This document shows, in pieces, positions 51,313-60,842 of a DNA stretch of 64,000 nt (positions are counted from its first letter, which is position 1; each line of letters opens with the position of its first letter). The notes below the pieces were generated by a model, which saw only the letters and a list, made by a program, of their open reading frames with translations, was not told the DNA's origin and ran no database searches. Where the stretch lies: positions 9,582 through 73,581 of the forward strand of contig CAZDMG010000003.1 in NCBI GenBank assembly GCA_964506655.1. The letters are read 5' to 3'. Origin of the DNA: an uncultured Gemmatimonadaceae bacterium. GTDB lineage: Bacteria; Gemmatimonadota; Gemmatimonadetes; Gemmatimonadales; Gemmatimonadaceae. Made by a program: the position numbers and the translations under genes.

Positions 51313-51378
51313 ATATCCTTTAGGTATCCTTTCTGTATTCTATCCGAATTCTATCTGAATTCTTTCTGAACTCTTTAC
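51313..51378. repeat. 11-bp tandem array, six progressively diverging units
   Basis: ATATCCTTTAG GTATCCTTTCT GTATTCTATCC GAATTCTATCT GAATTCTTTCT GAACTCTTTAC. Confidence 0.85.
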
Positions 51379-52991
51379 GCCGATGCCGTTGGCATGGGCG
51401 GCAGAACGAATGGGCCCAGATGCGGACCCGGGTTCCTGCTGGCCGCACGAAGCGCCAACGACAACATCTCACGCGTGTTCTCCGGGTACACTATCATATC
51501 AATAAAGCCACGTGCACCCGCGTACTTCGCATCCAGTTGGGTCTCGTAGTCGATTCGCATGGCTTCAACTGCGCGGGTGACATCCTCACCGGGCGCAACA
51601 CCGGCTTTCTGTGCTGCGTCGAGTGCCGGCCCGTGTACCGCCTGGATCGCAGCCTCACCTTCCATGACAGCCATACGTCCGGTCGGCCACGAAAAGAGGA
51701 AATCCGGGTCGAAACCCTGCCCTGCCATGGCGTAGTAACCGGCACCACTCGCGTGGTTTACCGTAAGGACGATCTTGGGGACACGCGCACAAGCCATCGC
51801 CTCAACAAAACGTGCGCCCGCACGGATGATCCCTTCATGCTCTGCATCCGGGCCCACCATAAAACCGGAAACATCCTGAACAAACAGAATTGGAATACCC
51901 TGTCGTTCGCAGCGGTCAATAAAGAACGCGACTTTTTCAGCGCTTTCAGTGTAAATGATTCCGCCGAACCGCGGACGCTCGCCCGCTCTGCCCTTAATCA
52001 GCCCGCGCCGGTTGGCGATAATCCCAACCGGAATACCTTCCAGGCGTGCATCACCACAGATCATTTCACGCGCGAGTTCCGGCTGAAATTCATCGATCTG
52101 CCCGTCGTCTATGATCGCATCAAGCAGTGCGCGCATATCGTACGACATGCGGTGATCCTGCGGCAAGAGATCGTACAGTACTTCCGGTTCACGTGCGGGT
52201 GGCCTGAAGGTGTGTACCTTTGGGCCGTGCACTGCTTCAGGAAGCAGTGCAATCATCTCTCTGATTTTGGCGAGACAGGCAGCATCATCGTCGAGCGCGT
52301 AGTGCGCTACACCGGAGATCGCAGTGTGCGTTGACGCACCGCCCAGCGTTTCTCCGTCCACCGATTGCCCTGTTGCGCCTTTCACAAGATTCGGCCCGCC
52401 GAGCCCCATGAACGATGTGCCTTTCACCATAAGGATCACATCGCTGAGTGCCGGTAGATAGGCACCGCCCGCCACGCACTGACCCATAACAGCGGCTATC
52501 TGCGGAATCCGCAGGTAGCGTCGCATAATGGAGTTGTAGTAAAAAATGCGCGCTGCACCGTACTGACCCGGGAAGACTCCACCCTGATATGGCAGATTGA
52601 CACCAGCGGAATCGACAAGGTAGATGATCGGGATCCGGCAGCGCATCGCGACTTCCTGTGCGCGCAGGATCTTGGTGATGGTTTCAGGCCACCACGAGCC
52701 GGCCTTCACTGTTGCGTCGTTGGCAACAACAACCACTTCGCGTCCACCGACAGTACCGACACCGGTTATTACACCGGCAGCAGGCGCCTGACCGTCGTAC
52801 CTGTCGTATGCAATAAGGAGCCCGATCTCAAGGAACGGTGCGTTTTCATCCAGCAAGGCGGTAACGCGCTCACGCGCCGTGAGTTTCCCCTGCTTGTGCT
52901 GCTTTGCAATACGTGCTTCGCCGCCGCCCTGACGCAAACGTTCTTCCAGTTCGCGCAGTCCGACGCTCAGCTCTCTAAGTCGTGTTGTCAC
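51375..52991 (-). CDS. acyl-CoA carboxylase carboxyltransferase (beta) subunit
   Basis: [42 protein letters not shown]; GTG start overlaps the upstream TGA. Confidence 0.92.
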   Translation of the reverse strand: MTTRLRELSVGLRELEERLRQGGGEARIAKQHKQGKLTARERVTALLDENAPFLEIGLLIAYDRYDGQAPAAGVITGVGTVGGREVVVVANDATVKAGSWWPETITKILRAQEVAMRCRIPIIYLVDSAGVNLPYQGGVFPGQYGAARIFYYNSIMRRYLRIPQIAAVMGQCVAGGAYLPALSDVILMVKGTSFMGLGGPNLVKGATGQSVDGETLGGASTHTAISGVAHYALDDDAACLAKIREMIALLPEAVHGPKVHTFRPPAREPEVLYDLLPQDHRMSYDMRALLDAIIDDGQIDEFQPELAREMICGDARLEGIPVGIIANRRGLIKGRAGERPRFGGIIYTESAEKVAFFIDRCERQGIPILFVQDVSGFMVGPDAEHEGIIRAGARFVEAMACARVPKIVLTVNHASGAGYYAMAGQGFDPDFLFSWPTGRMAVMEGEAAIQAVHGPALDAAQKAGVAPGEDVTRAVEAMRIDYETQLDAKYAGARGFIDMIVYPENTREMLSLALRAASRNPGPHLGPFVLPPMPTASA

Positions 52992-53401
52992 GCGTCCTGC
53001 TGCTCGCGCTCTTTGAACCACTCGCGGATATAGTCCACAAGATCCTGAGTGCGCGTCCCCGGGCCAAAGAGTTTTCCGATCCCCAGGCGATATAGCTCGT
53101 CCATATCCTCGGCCGGTATTATGCCGCCGCCTGTGACAAGAATGTCGTCACGCCCCTGCTCAACCAGCAGTTCACGCACACGCGGGAACAGCGTCATGTG
53201 TGCGCCGCTCAGGATAGACAGGCCAACCACGTCCGCATCTTCCTGAACCGCCGCCGTAGCGATCATTTCAGGTGTCTGATGCAGACCGGTGTAGATGACC
53301 TCCATCCCGGCGTCGCGAAGTGCAGCGGCGACCACTTTGGCCCCGCGATCGTGCCCGTCCAGCCCAGGCTTGGCAACCAGTACGCGAATTGGTCGTGACA
53401 T
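52988..53401 (-). CDS. cobalamin-binding small subunit of acyl-CoA mutase (IcmB-like)
   Basis: [10 protein letters not shown] (DxHxxG), SILSGAH, GGGII; start moved to ATG 53401. Confidence 0.95.
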   Translation of the reverse strand: MSRPIRVLVAKPGLDGHDRGAKVVAAALRDAGMEVIYTGLHQTPEMIATAAVQEDADVVGLSILSGAHMTLFPRVRELLVEQGRDDILVTGGGIIPAEDMDELYRLGIGKLFGPGTRTQDLVDYIREWFKEREQQDA

Positions 53402-53453
53402 AGAGCTCCAATCTAGCGGAAAACAGTGTAGATGTCGTGCAGCTTCAGTACTC

Positions 53454-54263
53454 TCATGGCTCCTCCTTGCGCGCAACCAGAAGCATCTCACCCGAACGTC
53501 TGGTCAACGGGCGGTCCTTCCAGCCACTGTACGCCGCTTCAACCACAAGCCCGACATCGCGCATCCGGGAGGCCAGCTCGGAGGCCGTGTACAGCCGAAT
53601 CCGGTGACTCCGCTCGCCCTCTTCGGCCCGCTTGTCGCTATTGCCTTTCACAGCTGGCGCCCGCCAGGTGGAAGTAATCGACAGGAAACCCGAGAGTGGG
53701 TCAAACCGACGCTCCTGCGCGAAGACGGTGCCGTCGGATGTGCTCCACCAGTCGCGCGACAGGAAACGGGACATCACGCCATCGCGACTGCCGCCGTGCC
53801 AGATCAGCACACCGCCCGGACGGAGAACCCGTGCGAACTCGCTGAGTACACGCTGATCATCGGCCGGGTGATCAAAGAAACCAAACGATGTAAAGAGATT
53901 GACAACTGCATCGAATCTCCCGGACCATCTGGATGGCAGCTTGCGCATGTCACCCTGCGTGTAGCGAAGCCGCTTGCCTGTCCCCAGCTTTTTTGCTTCC
54001 TTAACGAGATAGGGTGAGTAGTCCAGCCCATCTACATTGTACCCCGATTCAGCAAGGAGCCGCGCATGGCGCCCCTGTCCGCAGGGACAGTCCAGAACGC
54101 GTGCGCAAACGGGGAGCGAGAGTAACTCAATCAGCCTGGCTGTTTCACGTCTGTCCTGAGCCGCATCGAAAATCGGCTCGTACTCCCTGAGGTAGAGCGA
54201 GTTAAAGTGAGTTTCCCACCAGGCCTTTGGCTCGGCGCGCTTGGTTGTAAGCCTGGGCGTCAA
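53454..54263 (-). CDS. class I SAM-dependent methyltransferase
   Basis: [27 protein letters not shown]. Confidence 0.9.
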   Translation of the reverse strand: MTPRLTTKRAEPKAWWETHFNSLYLREYEPIFDAAQDRRETARLIELLSLPVCARVLDCPCGQGRHARLLAESGYNVDGLDYSPYLVKEAKKLGTGKRLRYTQGDMRKLPSRWSGRFDAVVNLFTSFGFFDHPADDQRVLSEFARVLRPGGVLIWHGGSRDGVMSRFLSRDWWSTSDGTVFAQERRFDPLSGFLSITSTWRAPAVKGNSDKRAEEGERSHRIRLYTASELASRMRDVGLVVEAAYSGWKDRPLTRRSGEMLLVARKEEP

Positions 54264-55954
54264 AAGAACACCGGCTCGCGATATGCACCAAAGACATCCT
54301 CAAGCGCTGCACGTATCTCGTAAAGCGTACAATATGCGCGCGCGCAATCAAGGATAAATGGCACCACGTTCGTGCTACCACGGGCTGCACCCCTAAGCGC
54401 CTCCAGTCGCTGGTCCACAAGCGCCTGATCGCGACTGGCTCTGAGTTTCGCCATGCTGGCACGCTGTTCATCTTCAGCTTCGCTGCCGATCCGCAACAAC
54501 GGAATAGTGAGTTCTTCTTCGTCGTTCACGAACTCATTCACACCCACCACGTACTTACGGTGCTGCTCAATCTCCCACTGCTGCCGCGCAGCACTTTCGG
54601 CGATACGCTTCTGGAACCATCCGTCTTCAAGCCCCTTGACCACTCCGCCGATTTCTTCAATCTGCGCAAACAGTGCTTCCGCTTCCTTTTCGAGCTGGTC
54701 GGTAAGAGCCTCGACGTAGTACGAGCCGCCGAGTGGGTCGATCACGTTTGGCACACCACTTTCGTATGCCAGTATCTGCTGCGTGCGGAGTGCCACTTCA
54801 ACGGCCGCTTCGGTTGGCAGCGACAGTGTTTCGTCCATCGAGTTGGTATGAAGCGACTGTGTGCCGCCCAGTACAGCAGCCATCGCCTGATATGCAACGC
54901 GCACCACATTGTTCATCGGCTGCTGAGCCGTGAGTGTCACTCCCGCTGTCTGGGAATGGAACCGCATCATCCATGAGCGTGGGTTCCTGGCGCCGTAACG
55001 CTCCTTCATATGTCGCGCCCATATCCGGCGCGCGGCCCGCAGCTTGGCGATTTCTTCAAAGAAGTCGTTGTGGATATCCCAGAAAAAAGAAAGTCGCGGT
55101 GCGAATTCATCTACGTCGAGGCCACGTGCGATGCCGCGTTCGACATAGGTAAAGCCATCAGCGAGTGTGAATGCCAGTTCCTGCGCAGCTGTTGACCCGG
55201 CTTCGCGGATATGGTACCCGGAAATGGAAATTGTATTCCAGTTGGGTACGTTGGTGGCGCACCATTCGAAACCGTCCACGATAAGTCGCAGCGCGGGTTC
55301 AATCGGAAAACACCACGCGTGCTGCGCCATGTATTCCTTGAGGATATCGTTTTGCACCGTGCCCTGAAGCTTTGATGCAGGTACTCCCTGTTTTTCAGCG
55401 GCGGCAATGTAGAAGCAGAGGAGGATGATCGCAGGGCCGTTGATCGTCATCGATGTTGAGACGCGATCGAGCGGGATCCCCTCGAAGAGCTGCTCCATAT
55501 CTGCCAGCGATGAAATAGCGACGCCGCACTTCCCTACTTCACCTTCTGAGCGGGGATGGTCGGAGTCGTATCCCATGAGCGTCGGGAAGTCGAAGGCAAC
55601 CGACAGTCCGGTCTGCCCCTGCGAGAGCAGGAACTTGTAACGCGCGTTGGTTTCGCGGGCGGTGGAGAAGCCGGCGAACTGTCGCATCGTCCACAGTTTG
55701 CCGCGGTAACCGGTTGGGTGGATGCCGCGTGTGAACGGGTACACACCGGGCACCTCGAATGCAGCGCCGGCCGTGTCTGCGAGATCCATCGCCGAATAGA
55801 GCGGTTCGACCTCGCGCGCCGAGTTGGTGAACGCGATATCCCGTTTGTTGCCTGAGTCGTAGCGCTGACGCCATCCGTCGAGCTCTCGCTTCAGCGCGTC
55901 GAGCTCATCCTGCTGCTGTTTGACAAGGCCTTCGAGGTCCTGAATGCTGGTCAT
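54260..55954 (-). CDS. acyl-CoA mutase large subunit, isobutyryl-CoA-mutase (IcmA)-type residues
   Basis: [47 protein letters not shown]. Confidence 0.9.
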   Translation of the reverse strand: MTSIQDLEGLVKQQQDELDALKRELDGWRQRYDSGNKRDIAFTNSAREVEPLYSAMDLADTAGAAFEVPGVYPFTRGIHPTGYRGKLWTMRQFAGFSTARETNARYKFLLSQGQTGLSVAFDFPTLMGYDSDHPRSEGEVGKCGVAISSLADMEQLFEGIPLDRVSTSMTINGPAIILLCFYIAAAEKQGVPASKLQGTVQNDILKEYMAQHAWCFPIEPALRLIVDGFEWCATNVPNWNTISISGYHIREAGSTAAQELAFTLADGFTYVERGIARGLDVDEFAPRLSFFWDIHNDFFEEIAKLRAARRIWARHMKERYGARNPRSWMMRFHSQTAGVTLTAQQPMNNVVRVAYQAMAAVLGGTQSLHTNSMDETLSLPTEAAVEVALRTQQILAYESGVPNVIDPLGGSYYVEALTDQLEKEAEALFAQIEEIGGVVKGLEDGWFQKRIAESAARQQWEIEQHRKYVVGVNEFVNDEEELTIPLLRIGSEAEDEQRASMAKLRASRDQALVDQRLEALRGAARGSTNVVPFILDCARAYCTLYEIRAALEDVFGAYREPVFF

Positions 55955-57126
55955 CTGTTGGTCCCGGTTAAAGCGCCGAGCATTGGCTGAATCATGAGGT
56001 CTCCACTGCGTGCACGCAGGGCGTCCGCCACTACAAATGGCGAGAGCCTTCCGGCCTCAATCTCTGGAATCTGTTCGTCGAGCCAGTGCATGGTATCCGC
56101 GTCCTTCCATAGTCGCTGTTGCAATTGTTGTTCCACAACCTCCATAACGCGCTCCCGTAGGCGTATCCGCCGGCGGGTATGGAGCTCGCCGCTCTCTGAA
56201 AGATAGCGGAAATGCCGGTCGAGTGACTGCAATAGCTCATCAACGCCCTCATTGGCGGGGGCGACAGTACGGAGGACTGGCGGTGTCCAACGCTCTCCTG
56301 GCTCGGGCTCAGCGCGGGCTGCCGCACGGGCGGCACGCGCAGGGTTCATGGCGTTCCGCAGCGTCTCTTTGTCCTGGACCGCGCTCAGATTTACGCCGTG
56401 GTGTGCCGGGATGTTCTTGAGGGCATTCCCTGCTCTTAAACCAAGCATAAGCTCAATGTCATTGCGCAGACGATCAGCACCCGGCCGGTCGGCTTTGTTT
56501 ACAGCATAGACGTCGGCGATTTCCATTACGCCAGCCTTGAGAGTCTGAATGGAATCACCGGACTCCGGGACCAGTACCACAAGTGTGGAGTCGGCCGACC
56601 GCGCAATATCGAGTTCGCTTTGCCCGACACCAACGGTCTCGATAAGAATGACATCCATACCGAACGCATCGAGGACATCGCACACTTCGCGGGTTGCTGT
56701 TGCAAGGCCACCCAGCGAACCGCGTGTCGCCATGGATCGGATATAAACGCCAGGATCGAGTGCCACATCCTCCATGCGGATACGGTCGCCCAACAGTGCT
56801 CCACCAGTGAACGGCGAGGTGGGATCTACAGCCACGATTCCCACCGTGCGGCCACTCTTGCGTACTGCACTGGCGAGACGTGTTGTAAGAGAGCTCTTGC
56901 CGGCACCCGGAGGGCCGGTGATGCCGATGCGCTGGGCACGCCCGAGCGATGCATTAAGGCCGGCCAACAGCAGATCGAACCCCGGACGGTGATTTTCAAC
57001 TACACTCACCACCCGCGCCAGAGCTGCAATCTTTCCGGCGCGGAAATCCTGAAGCGTACGCTCCAGCCGCAGTGGCAACTCAGTAGGTACCTGGTTCATC
57101 CCACTCATCTCACCTGTCACCGACAT
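55951..57126 (-). CDS. meaB: MeaB/ArgK mutase-associated GTPase
   Basis: [43 protein letters not shown]. Confidence 0.93.
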   Translation of the reverse strand: MSVTGEMSGMNQVPTELPLRLERTLQDFRAGKIAALARVVSVVENHRPGFDLLLAGLNASLGRAQRIGITGPPGAGKSSLTTRLASAVRKSGRTVGIVAVDPTSPFTGGALLGDRIRMEDVALDPGVYIRSMATRGSLGGLATATREVCDVLDAFGMDVILIETVGVGQSELDIARSADSTLVVLVPESGDSIQTLKAGVMEIADVYAVNKADRPGADRLRNDIELMLGLRAGNALKNIPAHHGVNLSAVQDKETLRNAMNPARAARAAARAEPEPGERWTPPVLRTVAPANEGVDELLQSLDRHFRYLSESGELHTRRRIRLRERVMEVVEQQLQQRLWKDADTMHWLDEQIPEIEAGRLSPFVVADALRARSGDLMIQPMLGALTGTNR

Positions 57127-57139
57127 TCGCTGCCACTTC

Positions 57140-58111
57140 TCACGTTGAAGATTCCGGGGTCACCGACGGCGCAGGCTCGTCGTGCTCATCGCGTATATCG
57201 CCAACGAGCTCTTCCAGCAGGTCCTCCAGTGTCACTATCCCAAGCACCACGCCGTCTGCACTTCGCACTATCGCCAACTGTCTCCGGGTGCGCAGAAGGC
57301 TGAAAAGCAGCTCCTTGGCCGGCCGCTCCGGAAGAGTGAATGTAACCGGTCGTAGTGCAGGAACCCGTTCACCGGCCTCACGGAAGACATCGAAAGCATG
57401 GATCATCCCTGTAATGTTGTCGGGCGATCCGTGATAGATAGGCACACGGCTGTATGCTGCGCTGGCCATCTGCTTAGCAAGCAAAGGTGCGGGCAGGCCG
57501 TCGCTCAGCATGAAGACATCACTGCGCGGAGTCATCACATCGCGGGCAGTTTTCTCGCTGAACTGCACCACACCCGAGATGATCGCCAACTCTTCGGTTG
57601 CGCCGATTTCTTCGAGCGCGCCCTCACGGAGCATCTCCTCGATTCCTTCAAGCGATTCGCCTTCTGCCGGATTTGGATGCACCCTCAGTACCTGCCGCAC
57701 GACAAAGCCTGCCACAGCAAGGAACGGTGATACGAATACACCAGCCGCTCGCAACACCGGCATAAGCAATGGCAAAAACTGCGTTGCCCAGCGGCGCGCA
57801 AGTGCACGCGGCAGCAGCTGGCCAAACACAACAACTATGCCCAGGTAGATCGCAATCTCTGCAACCAGTTGCCAGACAGACCGCTCCGCGCTTATCGCAA
57901 GAAGTGCAGCACCCGCGAATACGATCAATGCAATGCTGGTACCGGCAGCATGAAGCAGCCGGGCTGGCTCTTCCAGATATTGCTCAACCGCGTCGGACTC
58001 GGTGCCCTCCATATTCCTGAGCCACATCCGGCTCACCGACCTCACACTCGTCGCACCCAGCGTAAGCAAAGCCACCATAATAACCGACAGCACAACAAGA
58101 GATATCAGCAT
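57140..58111 (-). CDS. CNNM/DUF21 + CBS domain protein (TlyC-like), no C-terminal CorC domain
   Basis: TM region with GQLLPR, VMTPRSD, YSRVPIY, GIVTLEDLLEELVGDIRDE. Confidence 0.85.
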   Translation of the reverse strand: MLISLVVLSVIMVALLTLGATSVRSVSRMWLRNMEGTESDAVEQYLEEPARLLHAAGTSIALIVFAGAALLAISAERSVWQLVAEIAIYLGIVVVFGQLLPRALARRWATQFLPLLMPVLRAAGVFVSPFLAVAGFVVRQVLRVHPNPAEGESLEGIEEMLREGALEEIGATEELAIISGVVQFSEKTARDVMTPRSDVFMLSDGLPAPLLAKQMASAAYSRVPIYHGSPDNITGMIHAFDVFREAGERVPALRPVTFTLPERPAKELLFSLLRTRRQLAIVRSADGVVLGIVTLEDLLEELVGDIRDEHDEPAPSVTPESST

Positions 58112-59376
58112 CAGTCGAGCCCTCCGACATCAGCAGCGTCATCTTCCGGCAACCGCTCCAGATACACACGCTCAATCTTCCGGCGGATCACACGTTCAAC
58201 AATTACGCGGAACGGCCCGATGGTGAGCGATTCGCCGGCTCGCGGCACTCTCCCCAGCGTTTCCATCACCAGCCCGCCGATAGTAGCCACTTCCTCATTG
58301 GCAAAGTCGTAACCCACCTCTTCGGAAAGATCATCGAGAGTAAGCCGGCCATTCACCCAGAACCGGACCCCCTCTTCACTCTCCATGTAGCGCTCCTCGT
58401 CATCGTACTCGTCACGGATCTCGCCAACGAGCTCTTCCAGAACGTCTTCGATCGTTACAAGACCCGCAGTGCCGCCATATTCATCTGCCACAATGGCTAT
58501 ATGACGTCCGGTCTGTCTGAACTCACGCAGCAAGTCCGCAATTCGTTTACTGGCCGGAATGAACGTCACCGTACGTACCAGCGACTGCCACCCGCCCGAT
58601 GGTTCCTCGTCGGCGATCACAGCCGACAACAGGTCTTTTGCGTAAAGGATACCGATGATTTCATCCACCGTCTCCTCGAACACAGGCATCCTGGAGTGAC
58701 GCTCGCTGCGAACGCGATCGATTACCTCAGACCAGTGGGTATCATGTTCTATCCCCGCGATATCCACTCGCGGTACCATTACTTCATCGGCGGTGGTCTC
58801 GCCGAATGAAAAAACACCAAGTAGCAACTCGCGCTCGTCACCCGAGACATCCACCTCAGCGCTCACAACATCGCGGAACTGAGCAGCTGCCTCCTCGCGC
58901 AGTTCAAGGCTTTGCTCTGCCGGAGAGATAGCGTGCGCAAACGATCGCTCCAACGCCTCACCCGCACGGACAACCGGTGCGAACAACCGCTGCACAAATG
59001 CAGTGAAGCCCTGCAGATATGGCGATACATCATCATCCAGCGCGTCGCCTATCGCACGCGCAATAGTTTCCGCTGCCGTAACCGTGATCAGCCCTGCAAG
59101 CACCATGATCGCAATCGCAGGCAGCGTTGCCTTCTCATCCAGGTGCAGAGCAATAGCGATACCTGCGCCTGCCAGACCGTGCCCGAATATGCGACCAAAT
59201 GACAGCGCACGGTGCGCACGCTCGCGGTCTGTCCGCACGCGCGAACTCCCGGAAGCAGGTGGATGCGCGGGGAGGCTGAACGCCGAGGCGTCAGCAAGCA
59301 ATGCACCGTCTGCTGCCGCCGACACCGCTGCAAAAACTCCACCAAGCGCTGCTATGGACCAGGCTGCCACACTCAT
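58111..59376 (-). CDS. hemolysin/CorC family CBS-domain protein
   Basis: VMVPRVD, HSRMPV, DEYGGTAGLVTIEDVLEELVGEI, C-terminal TIGGLV...LGRVP. Confidence 0.9.
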   Translation of the reverse strand: MSVAAWSIAALGGVFAAVSAAADGALLADASAFSLPAHPPASGSSRVRTDRERAHRALSFGRIFGHGLAGAGIAIALHLDEKATLPAIAIMVLAGLITVTAAETIARAIGDALDDDVSPYLQGFTAFVQRLFAPVVRAGEALERSFAHAISPAEQSLELREEAAAQFRDVVSAEVDVSGDERELLLGVFSFGETTADEVMVPRVDIAGIEHDTHWSEVIDRVRSERHSRMPVFEETVDEIIGILYAKDLLSAVIADEEPSGGWQSLVRTVTFIPASKRIADLLREFRQTGRHIAIVADEYGGTAGLVTIEDVLEELVGEIRDEYDDEERYMESEEGVRFWVNGRLTLDDLSEEVGYDFANEEVATIGGLVMETLGRVPRAGESLTIGPFRVIVERVIRRKIERVYLERLPEDDAADVGGLD

Positions 59377-59377
59377 A

Positions 59378-59899
59378 TCAACCGGAGCCTTCCAGGAAAT
59401 GAGTGCGCAGAAGCTGCTCCTGACGCTGCCACATGCCGGACGTTTCCCTGTTCTCTTCCGGATGCTCGTAGCCGCATGCGTGCAACACGCCGTGTATCAC
59501 AAGACGCGCAATCTCCTCGCGGATGCCAACACCGCGCGCTCTCGCTTCAGTGCGCGCAACTGCCGGACAGATATAAATATCTGCAATGAGCGAACCGGTA
59601 GGATCCGTGCCGAGCTCAAATGTTATGACATCGGTCGGGCCTTCGTGTCCAAGATGCTCACTGTTGATCGCGGCTATGGCATCAGGCGAAACCAGCGAAA
59701 TGGACACCTCAGCGCGCCGCACCTCTTCTTCCGCCAGAACTACTATCGCGAGCTCGGCGAGCCGTTGACGGTCGACAGGCGAACGCATTCCGTCTGCGAC
59801 AGAAACGTCCACAATGAGTTCGTCAGGGTATTCCGCTGACGCGCTGTTGCGTAGCGCCGCATTGCTGCGGCGTAATCGATCGTCAGAGTCCTGCGGCAT
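59378..59899 (-). CDS. ybeY: rRNA maturation endoribonuclease YbeY (start uncertain)
   Basis: PTDVITF, IHGVLHACGYEH. Confidence 0.92.
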   Translation of the reverse strand: MPQDSDDRLRRSNAALRNSASAEYPDELIVDVSVADGMRSPVDRQRLAELAIVVLAEEEVRRAEVSISLVSPDAIAAINSEHLGHEGPTDVITFELGTDPTGSLIADIYICPAVARTEARARGVGIREEIARLVIHGVLHACGYEHPEENRETSGMWQRQEQLLRTHFLEGSG

Positions 59900-60842
59900 C
59901 CTGGTTATAAGCTCGGATTATATCGCGCACAAGCCTGTGGCGTACGACATCCGCCTCACTGAAGTAATGAAACGCAATGCCTTCGATGCCGTTCAGGATT
60001 CGCTCAACCTGAACCAACCCGGACTCCTCGCGGCTGGGAAGATCCACCTGTGTCTTGTCACCCGTAATCACGATCTTGGAGTTAACGCCAAGCCGGGTAA
60101 GGAACATCTTCATCTGAAGCCCGGTTGCGTTCTGCGCTTCGTCAAGAATGACAAAGGAATCACCCAGCGTACGGCCACGCATGAATGCCAGTGGCGCGAC
60201 TTCGATGGTGCGTGTTTCGATAAGCTTCTGCATCCGCTCGAATGGCAGGAAGTCATCGAGTGCGTCATACAGCGGGCGGAGATAAGGGTCAACTTTGGCC
60301 TGCATATCACCCGGCAGGAAACCCAGACTCTCGCCTGCCTCAACGGCCGGCCTGGCAAGCACTATCCGCCGCACACGCTTCCGCATAAGGGCGTCGACTG
60401 CGGCAGCAACTGCAAGGTATGTCTTGCCCGTACCCGCAGGTCCGATTCCCACAACGATATCAAACTCTGCGATCTTGGCGAGATATTCCGCCTGACCCTG
60501 CGTCTTGGCACGCACTGCACGCCTGGCGCCAGGGAGAACCAGAGTGCCAGCAGCAGCGGTAGCACCGGGGAGTTCTTCCGGACGCTCAGCAAGAGAGAAA
60601 CGCAGGACATCGTCCGGTGAAAGCCGCTTGCCGTCGCGTGCCTGTGCTATCATGGCAGAAGCAATAGCCTCCGCGCGCCCGACTGCTTCCGTCTCACCAC
60701 TGAGCGCAAGCGCATCGCCACGAAGCACCACACGCGCACCTGTAACACGCGCCAGCTCCACAAGGTTCGCATCGTTGACACCTGCCAGAACCAGAAGGTC
60801 TGCACCTTCAACACTCACCCGCGATGTAACCGGATCAGTCAT
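59883..60842 (-). CDS. phoH: PhoH family ATPase
   Basis: GPAGTGKTYLA, RPAVEAGESLGFLPG, MRGRT, DEAQN. Confidence 0.95.
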   Translation of the reverse strand: MTDPVTSRVSVEGADLLVLAGVNDANLVELARVTGARVVLRGDALALSGETEAVGRAEAIASAMIAQARDGKRLSPDDVLRFSLAERPEELPGATAAAGTLVLPGARRAVRAKTQGQAEYLAKIAEFDIVVGIGPAGTGKTYLAVAAAVDALMRKRVRRIVLARPAVEAGESLGFLPGDMQAKVDPYLRPLYDALDDFLPFERMQKLIETRTIEVAPLAFMRGRTLGDSFVILDEAQNATGLQMKMFLTRLGVNSKIVITGDKTQVDLPSREESGLVQVERILNGIEGIAFHYFSEADVVRHRLVRDIIRAYNQDAAGL

